From Octopus vulgaris (lineage: Eukaryota), in the NCBI GenBank assembly GCA_951406725.2, contig OX597821.1, forward strand, positions 24,676,001 to 24,740,000: DNA of 64,000 bases, given 5' to 3'. Both the position numbers and the translations under genes were made by a program. Position 1 is the first letter of the stretch. Every line of letters begins with the position of its first letter. The notes beneath the pieces are model-generated. The model did not search any database. It had not been told where the DNA came from and saw nothing but the letters and a program-made list of their open reading frames with translations. Of the stretch, positions 44,734 to 57,716 are shown in pieces.

Positions 44734-44784
44734 AGCTTCCTGAAGATTTCTCTTGAATGAAACAGTACTAGTCCTGTAGAAGCT
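44734..44784 (+). ncRNA. Type I hammerhead ribozyme motif
   Basis: AGCUUC-CUGAAGA-U-UUC-ucuu-GAA-U-GAAACAG-uacuaguc-CUGUA-GAAGCU. Stem I 6 bp, stem III ACAG/CUGU, GUA site at 44776-44778. Confidence 0.85.
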
Positions 44785-44795
44785 CCTTCTATATA

Positions 44796-44859
<64 letters not shown>

Positions 44860-44863
<4 letters not shown>

Positions 44864-45150
44864 AATCCAAACGGGAAACAAAAAAACAACAACAAGGGAA
44901 CAATTACAGTATTATTATTAATAGGCGCTCAGGAAATGGAAGCAGGGAGGTATGACGTTTCGAGCGGAGCTCTTCGTCGGAAACATAAAGAAGGAAGAGA
45001 GAGGAAAGAAAGATCCCGGAGCGGGCAACGGAGATAGAGAAAAAAACGGCTGGTGTTAGGAGTAGCACATGGTGAAAGGCGGATGTTTACGATAACAAGA
45101 GCAAAGTGTGTTTTTAAAGGCAAAAGAGTGGAGACAAGGTTGGTAACGCA
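44860..45150 (-). mobile_element. Family H1 pseudo-LTR remnant with variant hammerhead (44950-44984)
   Basis: Minus strand GUUU-CCGACGA-A-GAGC-ucc-GCUC-GAAAC-GUC-AUAC. Flanks are homologous to 16025-16235. Confidence 0.7.
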
Positions 45151-45168
45151 ACAGATATATATATATAA

Positions 45169-45432
<264 letters not shown>

Positions 45433-45469
45433 TTTTTTATATTTTTTATATATATATTATTTTTTTTTT

Positions 45470-45532
45470 TACTCTTTTTACTTGTTTCAGTCATTTGACT
45501 GCGGCCATGCTGGAGCACCGCCTTTAGCAATG

Positions 45533-45614
<82 letters not shown>

Positions 45615-45770
45615 ACGGGCTTCTTTCAGTTTCCGTCTACCAAATCCACTCCACAAGGCTTTGATCATCCCGAAGCTAAAGAAGGCACTTGCCTACCGTG
45701 CCATGCAGTGGGAACGAACGAACCCTTAACTATGTGGTTAGGAAGCAAGTTTCTTACCACACAGCCACAT
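45470..45770 (-). mobile_element. SINE type B with the centre replaced by (TA)n
   Basis: The 3' and 5' type B motifs flank a (TA)n tract. Confidence 0.8.
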
Positions 45771-46134
45771 CTGTGGTCATTAAAACTATCGTGCCTTGAT
45801 ATATGGGAAATATGAACAATGCATTCACTGTTGATGAGGAAGCTTGCCGAGCTGTGAAAAATATCGGTGTACGCAATTCAAACAACATTAAACGAAAACC
45901 GACATCTATGTCTCATACTAAACATATATACATCATATTATATATATATACAAAATGAGAAAATGGAGAAATATATCTAAATCAATCATCAACTATCAGA
46001 TAATACCGCATCATATAATTTATTAAACACTACACGGGATAAACTACTTGCATCGACTTTTACCTTGTCTTTATTCTTAGTGCAAGTTTTGAAGAGTGCA
46101 GTTTGATTTTAACAGTTATTTTTTCAAAGCTGTA

Positions 46135-46613
46135 ATGGAAATGACAAAGGAGCATACTCGACATGTTTTGCTTTATGATCTCAATAAAGGCAACAACGCA
46201 ACGGAAAGTGAAAATTGGGTCATGGGTTCCTCACAAACTTTCAGAGTCTAATCGCGCGTAGAGAGTGAATGCATGCTCTTCTTTGCTGTCATTTCCCACG
46301 AATTAACCTTTTTTAGACCGAATAGTGACTGGTAACGAGAAATGGGTTCTCTATAAAAATGTCAAGCACCGAAGACAGTGAGTAGGAAAAGGAGAAAGGT
46401 TTTCACCCACGTAAGGTGTTCTTATCTATTTGGTGGGATGTTAAAGGTCTAGTCCACTCTGAGCTTTTTAACTCAAACCAAACGATAACGAAAGCGATCT
46501 ACTGCGAGCAGCTTGAGCAGCTTAAGTCAGCGGTATAAGAAAAACGGCCATCTTTGATTTCAAGACAAAAGGTATTCTCCCATGAGGATAATGCTCGGCC
46601 ACATACAGCGAGG
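46135..46613 (+). pseudogene. Mariner transposase remnant, internally deleted and 3' truncated
   Basis: MEMTKEHTRHVLLYDLNKGNNATES...WVPHKLSE...FLDRIVTGNEKWVLYKN...HPRKVFLSIWWDVKG...HEDNARPHTAR. Confidence 0.9.
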
Positions 46614-47314
46614 ATATATATATATATATAGGAGAGTTTACGAAAAAAACAAAAGACGGAGACATGAGGTGTACAAAACAAACAGATGTATTAGTATAAC
46701 GCTCAGGAATAGAAAAAGTCTTTTACGTTTTGAGCCTACGCTCTTCTACAGAAAGGGACACAGAAAAAAAACAAGGAAAGAAACAAGGAGAGAAAAATGT
46801 GTGTAGTGGCTAACGATCTATCATAAATATATATATATATATAACTGGCACTCACTCGTTTACGACGACAATGTTATAATAACGTGCGTGGAAATGAATA
46901 ATACAGTGTATTTCAGTGTATATGTACTTGTGCATGTTTAGAAGTTGTATTTTTGTTTAACCCTAAGCCAGACATGACTGAGTAACGCTATGGTCTACTG
47001 CATTCCAGCCATGACCAGGCGTCCTTGTTTTACGAATACATTATACGCTATTTCCTTCCACGTTAAGACAGTAGATTGCGATTTTGAGCAATTTTGTTGC
47101 TTTTTCTCGCAGGTCAAGTAACGATATTGATACTCCTTTATATACCATGATGCTGAATATGCAGCTACGTTTTGTGTCTGTATGTTTTCTTTTGTTTTCT
47201 TTTTTATTACTTCGAGTAAGGTCGGTATTGTTGTGCACCAATGTCTGGAGAATAGTGTGACGATACGAATGTGATATTATCTTCGTATGAGTTTGTTTTC
47301 ATTTTGTGTAACTC

Positions 47315-47712
47315 TCTTTCTCTTTTTTCTCTTTTACTTGTTTCAGTCATTTGACTGCGGCCATGCTGGAGCACCGCCTTTATTCGAGCAAATCGACCCC
47401 AGGACTTATTCTTTGTAAGCCCAGTACTTATTCTATCGGTCTCTTTTGCCGAACCGCTAAGTGACGGGGACGTAAAGACACCAGCATCGGTTGTCAAGCA
47501 ATGCTAGGGGGACAAACACAGACACACACACATACATATATATACATATATACGACAGGCTTCTTTCAGTTTCCATCTACCAAATCCACTCACAAGGCAT
47601 TGGTCGGCCCGGGGCTATAGCAGAAGACACTTGCCCAAGATGCCACGCAGTGGGACTGAACCCGGAACCATGTGGTTGGTTAGCAAGCTACTTACCACAC
47701 AGCCACTCCTAT
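47315..47712 (-). mobile_element. SINE type B, young subfamily shared with 8810-9208
   Basis: Shares the variants GTGACGGGGAC, GCAATGCTAGGGGGAC and AGGCATTGGTCGGCCCGGGGCTATAGCAG. Confidence 0.9.
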
Positions 47713-48101
47713 GTAAATAACTTTATAAATGAAAGGTTGAAAGGCGTGTGGGAGAACAGGCTTCTGTGGTAATCAGTTCGGAAAAATGCAAGTTGTTCTT
47801 GTACGCTACATACGCTTGATGGTTTAACAGGCAGTGTGCTTGCCAGTGTTTTGTGCTGTTTCTTACAGTGGTGTTGAGTATCTTTTGCCTGAGGGAATAG
47901 CAGGTATGGAACTGATAAGTTTGCTGTTGTCCATGGTCGTTAGAAATATATTTGTGAGTAATTATATATTTTCTCTTTTAAGTTCATCAATAATGTGATA
48001 GTTAAGTATAGAGATACTATTCAGTGTTGTGATTTTGGAGTTGGAGATGTTAGAATATTTGAGGACGACGAGCGTACTAACAGTTCTGCCAGCTCATCGC
48101 C

Positions 48102-48155
<54 letters not shown>

Positions 48156-48167
48156 GTAACAATAATA

Positions 48168-48723
48168 AATGCCCCGATGCAGTACCAGGCAGTGGCTCTC
48201 ATGACTTCTGATCTTAACTGATTGAAAGAGTTATGTACATTGTTTTGTCTTGGTATAAAAGATGGGCGCTACAGCAAATATTCTACTCAATACCACAGAT
48301 TTGCTTGTCAGTTGTTTGACCTTAACCCGTTGAGCATGTCCCTTAGTGGCTGACGATGTGTGCATCTCTGATCACGAGCAGAAGTAGTAGGGGAGCATCA
48401 TAGCCATGTGTTGAAAGGGATTCTATGGAGTTTGAATAATTCACCTCTGGAAACATAGGTGTTTCGTTCAACATCCTTAAACAACCCTTATTCAAGGACC
48501 TTTTGAGCGGGATGGGCTACTCGACTAGAGCAAAATTCTAACTGGGCCCCACCTGCAAGGTCATGTGCTGTTTATCTTGATATGAGATCACCATGTCACG
48601 CACATATGGTTGTGATGCATGTGTTTGGTGTACCCTTATCAGACGGGTAGTCATGATGGGTATACTGGGCTTCGTATATTTTACCCCAGTGTCACTTTGA
48701 TGGCATGCTCTGCTCGCTCACTC

Positions 48724-48724
<1 letters not shown>
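48168..48724 (+). mobile_element. ~550 bp non-coding retroposon-like element within (AAT)n, copy 1
   Basis: Flanked on both sides by (AAT)n. Homologous to 49500-49984 (+) and 52095-52612 (-). Confidence 0.8.
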
Positions 48725-48785
<61 letters not shown>

Positions 48786-48835
48786 AGAAGAAGAAGAAGA
48801 AGAAGAAGAAGAAGAAGAAGAAGAAGAAGAAGAAT

Positions 48836-49210
48836 ATTAGCAAAATGTGAAACCTGAAGATTAAAACAATACCTGTTGTCATAGGTGCCATGGGATGATA
48901 GCAAAAGGGGCCGATGGTTATCTAGCTCAGATACCAGGAAACCTCAAAATGGCAGAAATTCAAAAGATAGTGCTCATGGGAATTGCCCATATCCTACGCA
49001 AAATACTTCCCATGTAATCTCAAGTTTTAAAACAAACACATAATTTTCTTATGGTTTCTTAAACATTCTCTAGAACAACACTAAGTACAAAACCAAATAT
49101 ATGGCACCCAAGGCATAACACCAACATGAACTATCAACTTGTTGTCTCTTGAAGTCTCTGGGTGAGACTTGGAGCCAACTTGTGCAAATGTAAAGCAAAA
49201 GTCAAACATA
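48836..49210 (+). mobile_element. 3' end of a Dong/R4-clade non-LTR retrotransposon with (TAA)n tail
   Basis: KM*NLKIKTIPVVIGA...IQKIVLMGIAHILRKIL* (PVVIGALG...Q...AHILRK pattern), followed by a UTR and a long (AAT)n. Confidence 0.75.
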
Positions 49211-49211
49211 A

Positions 49212-49273
<62 letters not shown>

Positions 49274-49305
49274 TAATAATAATAATAATGATAATAATAA
49301 TAATG

Positions 49306-49414
<109 letters not shown>

Positions 49415-49499
49415 TAATAATAATAATAATAATGATAATAATAATAATGATAATAATAATAATAATAATAATACCATAATAATAATAATAATAATAATA

Positions 49500-49984
49500 A
49501 TCATGTACATTTTTTGTCTTGTATAAAAGATGGGCTACAGCAAATATTCTGCTCAATACACAGATTTGCTTGTCAGTTGTTTGACCTTAACCAGTTGAGC
49601 ATGTCCATAAGTGGCTGACGATATGTGCATCTCTGATCACGAGCAGAAGTAGTGGGGAGCATCAGAGCCATGTGTTGAGAGGGATTCTTTGGAGTTTGAA
49701 TAATTCACCTCTGGAAACATGGGTGGTTCTTTCAACATCCTTAAACAATCCTATTCAGGGACCTTTGAGCAGGATGGCTACTCAACCTGAAGAAAATTCT
49801 TACTGGGCCCCACCTGCAAGGTCATGTGCTGTTTATCTTGATATGAGATCACCATGTCGCGCACATATGGTTGTGATGCATGTGCCTGGTGTACCCTTAT
49901 CAGACGGGTAGTCATGATGGGTATACTGGGCTTCGTATATTTTACCCCAGTGTCACTTTGATGGCATGCACTGCTCTCTCACTC
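49500..49984 (+). mobile_element. (AAT)n-embedded element, copy 2, 5' truncated
   Basis: Colinear with 48230-48724 and followed by (AAT)n. Confidence 0.8.
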
Positions 49985-50004
49985 AATAATAATAATAATA
50001 ATAA

Positions 50005-50198
50005 TAACTTCAATTTTGGCACAAGGCCAGCGATTTTGGGGGCGGGGGTTAATCGATAATATTGGTATTTATTTTATCGACCCTAAAGGATGAAAAGCAA
50101 AGTCCACCTCGGTGTAATTTGAGCACAGAATGTAAAGTCGGGCGAAATACCGCTAAGCATTTTACTTGGTGTACTAATGATTCTGCCAGCTCGCCACT
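50005..50198 (-). mobile_element. SINE type A
   Basis: TTTTGGCACAAGGCCAGC...AAGGATGAAAAGCAAAGTC...ATTCTGCCAGCTCGCCAC. Confidence 0.75.
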
Positions 50199-50226
50199 TT
50201 ACTACTACTACTACTACTACTACTAC

Positions 50227-50327
<101 letters not shown>

Positions 50328-50617
50328 TTATTCTTCTCAAAGACAATATAAATACAAAATATTAAATTACAATAATCATAAAATGGTCAAAGGTAATTTT
50401 TTTTATAAAAGGAATAAACTTGTCAGAAGAGTGGTTAGTGGTGTGATACTATCGCATTCAATGTCGACACTTGCCAATTTCTTGCTAAAACCCTACAGCA
50501 GAATATCAAGGATAAGAATGGTGTATCGCAGACAGGAGAGAGGATAATTGAATGTCTTCAGAATAATTATAGCAGACACAAGCACTTCATACCAGATGGT
50601 TGCATTCGCAGATCACC

Positions 50618-50723
<106 letters not shown>

Positions 50724-51608
50724 GCACAGCTGTGTGCTTTTTAAAAGATTTCGCTTCGTAACCATTTGGTTACGGTTTCCGTCCCAAGAAGCGGTATCTT
50801 AGGCAAGTGTTTTCAACTATAGTTCCGAGTTCCGGGCGGGTAATCAATGCCTTGTAAATTAATTTAGTTGATGGAAACTATGTGGAAGCCTGTAATGTGT
50901 GTGAGTGCGCGCACGCCTGTGTGTGAGTTTGTGTATCTGCATTTGCGTATGTCTACACCCTGCTTGACAAGCGTCCCTTTAAACACGCAGATCGGCAAAA
51001 GAATAACAGCATGCATATACCGAAGACTGGATACAAAATATAAAGCTAAAATAAAACAAAAATCATACCCAGGAGGCACAGACCTATGCTTTTACTTACA
51101 GTGAAAATATGTAATTAAAATAAGTCTACTGGTTGCTGCACGCAGAAGAAGACGAAATAACAGCACCACGTGAATTTTGTACCAAAAGTATGTAAACTTC
51201 CACGACTGATATCATAAAAGATTAATTCAATTTGATTTATTCCAATATAATTTTGCCATATATTTCACAATGACTAAATGGGTTTTTTTTTTCAAGTGAA
51301 TAAAACGAGTAGTATATTTTGATAAAAATGCAAATGCTTTCTTCTAGCCATGATGAAGTTCCCAAAACATTTTCTTATTTTTGTCTCTTATCATAAATAC
51401 ACACGCGTGGGTAACACACACACACACACACACACATATGCGTCGTTATGAACAGTCATATGTTAATGTTCGTGTTCAGTCGGACATTGAAAGACTATGC
51501 TACGCAAGTTGTCTGGAGAGCAGAAACTCTTTTTATGGACAACACAGGTGTTTGCACTCATTTTGTCTGCAAGGAGAATTTCATTCAATGTTGCTTAGAG
51601 TGCCTCAA

Positions 51609-51681
<73 letters not shown>

Positions 51682-52094
51682 TGTGTGTGTGTGTGTGCCT
51701 TAGAAAAAATCGCTTTGCACATTGGTGAATTTCTGTCTGATTATAATGCAACCAAATCTATTTGCTCTTCAGTTTCGCTTTTAATACAATAAACTTATAC
51801 TTTTCGTTAATTATATACATATTTTAAAAATTTAGCAGAAATATAGTATTGAAATATGTCTCCAGGTAATGGGAAGAGCCCTTTACATCCATGCATGCAT
51901 ACGGCATATGGTATAGATTGCTTCATTTCAAATAAATTCTATTTTCCATCTTATGCTTTACGACGTTTATTACCTACCTTTAAACTCGAAGAGAAACGAG
52001 GGAAACAACTATGATATCCTACTTTCTAAGGGAAAAGAAAAAGATATGATGGAAGGAGCGAATGGTACATAAAGGCAGTTAACGACATGGATGG

Positions 52095-52611
52095 AACATG
52101 ATGCCATCAAAGTGACACTGGGGTAAAATATACGAAACCCAGTATATCCATCATGATACCCTGTCTGATGAAGCTACACTAGGCACATGCATCACAACCA
52201 TATGTGCGCGACATGGTGATCTCATATCTAGATAAACAGCAGATGACTTTGCAGGTGGGGTCCAGTAACCCATCCTGCTCAAAAGGTCCCTGAATAAGAA
52301 TTGTTTAAGGATGTAGAACGAAACACCCATGTTCCAGAGGTGAATTATTCAAGCCCCAAAGAATCCCTCTCAACACATAGCTATGATGCTCCCCCACTAC
52401 TTCTGCTCGTGATCAGAGATGCACATATCGTCAGCCACTAAGGGAGATGCTCAACTGGTTATGGTCAAGCAACTGACAAGTAAATCTTTGGTATTGAGCA
52501 GAAAATTTGCTGTAGCCCATCTTTTATACCAAGACAAAACAATGTACATAACTCTTTCAATCAGTTAAAATCAGAAGTCATGAGAGCCACTGCCTGGTAC
52601 TGTATCAGGGC

Positions 52612-52612
<1 letters not shown>
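52095..52612 (-). mobile_element. (AAT)n-embedded element, copy 3
   Basis: Reverse complement of 48168-48710. Its 5' end abuts (ATT)n. Confidence 0.8.
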
Positions 52613-52657
<45 letters not shown>

Positions 52658-52759
52658 GTTATTATTATTATTATTATTTTTATTATTATTATCATCATCA
52701 TCATTATTATCATTATTATTATCATTATTATCATTATTATTATCATTATTATTATTATT

Positions 52760-55700
52760 TTATTTATTGGCTACTAGGGCCGACATATAGGGAAAATATG
52801 ATAGACAGGGGACAGTGGGGCTTTTACACAAAACAACGAGTAAACATTTAGGAATAACAATAAACACTAAACAAGAAAAATATAACAATGAGATTTCCCC
52901 AATAGGGGGTATGACCACCCAGAGTTGACTCAGACACCCTATCAATCCTGAATCACCCGACGCTTCGAGGGTACTCGGAAAGGGGTACACTTCTCCTCCT
53001 GAAATTCACCAGCCTACAGGCGCATTATTAGAGCAGGTCCACTCACACGGACTATCTTCGCTACATTCACCCACCTTTCAGCGAATGTGGTGGTGGTGGT
53101 GGGGGGGGGGGCGGGCAGCACTTCTTTCTCCATCCTCATCTTCCTTTCCAAGTGAAATTTGAACATGTTGATGAGGGATTGGCCGAAGAAAAAATGTCTG
53201 ACTTCAGTCCTTTCAACCTAGTCCACCATGCAACCTCTTTCGCTACTGCTACCAGATAGAGGGAAATTGCCTGTCCTTCCTGGCCAAAGAAAGTCAGCGG
53301 GCCAATCTTCACTATGAACTCAGCCGATAGCCTGATCCGTCCAACACGTAACTACTGTTCGGCATAACTTCACAAGGTAGTAATGCATAGATACTGGTCG
53401 AGTGCGTGCAGAACAGTTTCGTCGCTCAGCGCGCATCTCGGGGAGGCCCGTCTAACAGCACTTCCGTGCCTGTAGACTTTATCTCGAACCGGCAGTGCCC
53501 TCCGGTAGCACTGCCAAGCGAGGGACTTATGGAAGTTATCCGTCGTCCCAGGCTCGAAAGTCCTCCAGAACAGACTGCTCAGTTCGACTTCGCTGATGCC
53601 CAGCGCCTCTCAATGTGCATCATTGCACCTACCCACCACTAACCCTCTATAGAACACAAGAGTGGATGTTTCACTGACCGATTTTCCCGCTTGATAGAGG
53701 GCAGTGAGTGCCTGGCAACATTCCAGATGCCACTAACCCTGTCTGGGTCTCTTCTTGACCCAGGACTGCAACTCAGTCAAGGAAACGAGCTGGAGTAATG
53801 CGTGTTTGACAAACGGCGACCACACTTGTTCACCGTTTAGGCAGAATATCTGGATATGCCACAGCCTCAGAGCATATCTACATATCATTATCCACAGCAT
53901 ACCCAACCCTCCATGTAGAGGGTACTGGCAGCAGATGGACCGCCTCACCAATGGAACCTTCCCCACTATAAGAATTTGAAGAGGAGGCGTTCCAACTTGG
54001 CGAGACGCGAACGAGGGCAAGGCACGACGGTCAAGCGGTAGTAGATGACCGACACGATGTACGCATTCGCCACCTCCGGCCGACTTTCCAGTGACAGCTC
54101 CCTCGCAGCCCATTTCTCGGTGAGACTGGCTAGTCTGTTCATCACGCCGTTGCAATTCTTATCCACCTGGAGGTCTGGTCCGAACCAAACCCAAGCAACT
54201 TTACCGGTCCGTCCATCCAGCGACCAACAACGCTGTTGGACGGCGTGGGCTTGCCTCCCCAGGTGCCAGGCTGCAAGCCCACCGACTTCTCCGGCTTAAA
54301 TTTTGCTCCAGCAAACTTTTCATATTCCTCCAGTGATGTACCGATTTCTGAGATGTTCGACACCATCACCGTGATGTCGTTTGCTTAAGCCGACACATCC
54401 CTTCCGCATCCCGATGCGAGTGGGATTCCCTGCAGCAGCTCCAGCTTTCGCATTAAATGCTCAACAGCCAATATGTACAGAAGGGAGGAGAGAGGACACC
54501 CTTGACGGACCGATCGGCAGGTCTGAAACGGTCTCGAGAGGTGGCCATTAACTCTGACCACCATGCAGATGCCACTGTGCATTGCCGCGATCCACCCTCT
54601 GAAGATGGAGCGGAAGCCAGCTATCTTGAGGACAGCCTCTGGGTACCGATAGACGATCTTATCGAATGCTTTTAATTGGTCTAAATTGACCAGAACCCCA
54701 CCGAAGCCGAGTTTACACCCTACCCATTATATTGCATGAGGTTGGAGTTGTCGTGTATGGACCTGGTCGGGATTCCGCAGGTTTGCGCCTCCCCAACCAA
54801 ATCCTCGACGACAACCGCAAACCTCTTCGCTAATAACTTGGCCAAAATCTTAAACTCTGTGTTGAGCAGATTTATGGGTTTGGTGTTACCTAAAATGTTC
54901 TTCTTGTCTTCGCCTTTCCTTATCAGCGTCACTACAACTCGGATCACAGAACTGGGAATTGTCCCGTTCTGCTGCTCAATTGTAGAAGAGTCCTTCGAAG
55001 AGATTGGAGAACAAGTCTGGCTTATTGACGTAAAGCTCGTAGGGCAGACCATCCAAACCAGGTGACTTTCCCCTCATGCAGCCGACAAAGGCATCCTGAA
55101 TTTTGGCTGAAGTTATCGGCTTTTGGCGGCGCTCAACGTCGGCCGTCGAGAGGCACGGCAAGCCGTCTAGGTAGGGACTGAAGTCCGATACCGTCTCTGA
55201 CCCGACACTCACCCCGAACAACTGAGCAAAGTGCTGGCGAAAGGCCTCACATATCTGCCTGGAATCGCTCAGATCGTATTCGTCTCGGTTCGTCAAAGAA
55301 CAGCTATGGTCCCTTCGTTTCTCAGAGCACGTGACTTAGCTCTGACAATGCAACCTTCATGTTTTGCACTGAAGAACTGGTCTAATGCCATTGTCACTGC
55401 TGGCACGTCGGTTGCAATACCACTACAAATAGTCTCGTCTAACGTAGCCACTAGCTCCTCCTACTTTCTATATTTTTTAATGCTACTTTTTTACTAAACC
55501 CTATCGATATTACTCTAATCTCTCTTTTGAGAGTCGTCCACCACCTGTTGTTGAAGACCTCCCTGTGAACTTTTACTTATTGTGGGTGTTGTTATGTTTT
55601 TTTTTGAGCTTTTATTTTGTTTTCTTTTGGTGGTGGTGGTGGTGGGGGCTTGGTATTCCTTCATATTCACTACTGGAAGATGAAGGGTGTGTGGCTTTAA

Positions 55701-57110
55701 GTGTGTCTATCTGTGTGTATGTTTATATTTTTATTCATGTGTATATTTGGGGGAGGGAGAAGTGGGAGAGCTTTCCTCGTTTTCCCCTAGGGTGGTTAAT
55801 GTCTTTTGTGGTGTTTCGTTTATTGTTGCTGGTGGTTTTGTCCGGTGCTGGTGCTGGTTGTAGTCTTCGCCTCGGCGTTGGCAGCAGTGGGGACCTTCGA
55901 CCCCTTGCACCTTATATCAGCTGAGGGCCAAAGGCTCGCAAATGAGTTGTTTCTCCACAAACGAAACAATGTGACCTTTTGCCCTCAGTCATTATGTGTA
56001 TTGCCGTCCTATTTTGGAGACGGATGTAGTTCGGGATTCTTTTTACGTTTTCTGGCCTGAACTGGAGAAGTATCTCCAGGTCAGCCCCGGGCCAGTCCTC
56101 CCTGACAATTTTGTTACCTCTATTGGGACGGTATCTGATCCTTGCTCGATTACGCATCCCAGAAGCCACCACATATCAAGTCCTGATGGAATCCTGGGAA
56201 TGCGGACACGGACTGTTATTTTTCGCATATGTGAGAGGTACATAATGACCTTCCTGGTTTTGCAAAGGTCACTGAGTGCTTCATAGCGAGGTCTTCTGAG
56301 TTTAAAATCACCGAAATGGCGCCGTATTGTCTACCCCTCGCAACGTAGTCGGTGTCATCCCTGACACATCTCAGAGCAGCTTCAATATCTGTTTGTGCTA
56401 TTAAAACCGCTTTCTTCGTCCTTGCTGAGATGCATCTGAAGTGTACCATCCTTCTCTCCACTGCTTCGATCGTTTCTGCGGAAATCGTTAGGTTGGCCCA
56501 GGTTTGCCTATGTTTGATGATTTTCTAGGCTTCGGCCAACTTTTCACCGCTGTTTGTGAGGTCTAGGCTGAATCGTGGTCTAATTTTGGCTGCTGCCGCA
56601 GCGAAAGTGTTCTTGTTGTTGGTGGTAATATTGGTATCGTTGTTGTTGTTGTTTTTGTTGCTGTTACGGCTGTTGTTGTCATTGTTTTGATTAGTGTTGT
56701 TGGTGTTTTTGAAACCTTTGCTATCGTTGTTGTTGCCATCGCTGCTGTTGCTATCGCTGCTGTTGCTATCGCTGCTGTTGCCTTTGCTGTCTCTCGTATT
56801 GTTGATGTTGCTACCACTACTACTACTGTTGCTGCTGGCACTGGTGGTAGCGGTGGAGACGGCGGTGTTTTCGCTTATGCTGTTGGTGTTTGTAATTTCC
56901 TTCTCTTGTTTCTGCGGTGGTAAAGGAGAGGAAAGAAGCAAGGGGAATTCAGTCTCATACGTTCCACATGCACTGTTGTTGTTGTTGTTGTTGTTGTTGT
57001 TGTCCTTGTTGTTGCTATAGCAGTCACTGTTTTGTTCAACTTGGCCGTTCTATCTTGCCGATAACCCACTGTCCTTTTCAGCGGACGGGCGGTTTTCGTT
57101 CGCTATCTTT
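52760..57110 (-). mobile_element. Decayed Tx1/L1-clade LINE with ORF1 and ORF2 remnants, APE endonuclease region missing
   Basis: ORF1 at about 56940-55850 (Asn/Ser-rich stretch, CFVCGETTHL zinc knuckle). ORF2 at about 55560-53010 with KSPGLDGLPYELY, KPINLLNTEFKILAK, SVRQGCPLSSLLY, SA*AND (YADD), WAARELSL and GGLG. AATAAA-rich 3' end at about 52765. Confidence 0.92.
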
Positions 57111-57259
57111 GAATTTAGCGAAAAAAACAGGGGGTGTTGTAACACAAACAAATCCCAAAATAAGGGCTACAAATGGGAAAAACTAATCAGTTCTCTAAGG
57201 TCCTGATTTGTTTAACTAAGTAACAATAACAATGGAAAACAATATGAATAATAGCAAAA

Positions 57260-57716
57260 CTTACGCAGCAGCAACAACAACAACTTGCACATGACCTGGA
57301 TAGACTTTAAAAAAGCTTATGACATGTGACCGCATTCATGGATTCAGAGAATGTGCGTGCACTGATCAAAAACAGCAAGTTTAGATGGAAAATACGTCTT
57401 TTCTGTAACAACCAGCACTTAGTCAAGGTAACAATCAAAAGAGATAGCTTCCTGGGATATTCATGTTCACCAATACTATTTGTTGTAGCCTTGATTTCAT
57501 TTTCTGTAGTTCTCCGCAAAGTCAACGCGCACGACAAGCTGAAGAAGAATGGACCTCGTCTCAACTACCTTCTCTTCATGAATGATTTAAAACTGTTTTC
57601 AGAAAGAGAGGCTAGAATGGAGAAACTGGTCAAGTCTGTACATATATGCAGCAAGGATATAGGAATGCAATTCAGGATCTCAAAGTGTGCGATGCTCACT
57701 TTGAAACAGGGAAAAG
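57260..57716 (+). pseudogene. Dong/R4-clade reverse transcriptase fragment
   Basis: NLHMTWIDFKKAYD...IKRDSFLGYSCSPILFVVAL...LNYLLFMNDLKLF...SKDIGMQFRISKCA (HLLYMDDLKL and DIGMxFGxxKC pattern). Confidence 0.8.

Larger units (their letters stand above)
43016..44801. mobile_element. Non-coding element with identical 221 bp inverted arms, each carrying a hammerhead (family H6)
   Basis: 43082-43302 is the reverse complement of 44581-44801, with no mismatch seen by eye. Interior is simple repeat plus short unique blocks. Flanked by (TA)n. Confidence 0.85.
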
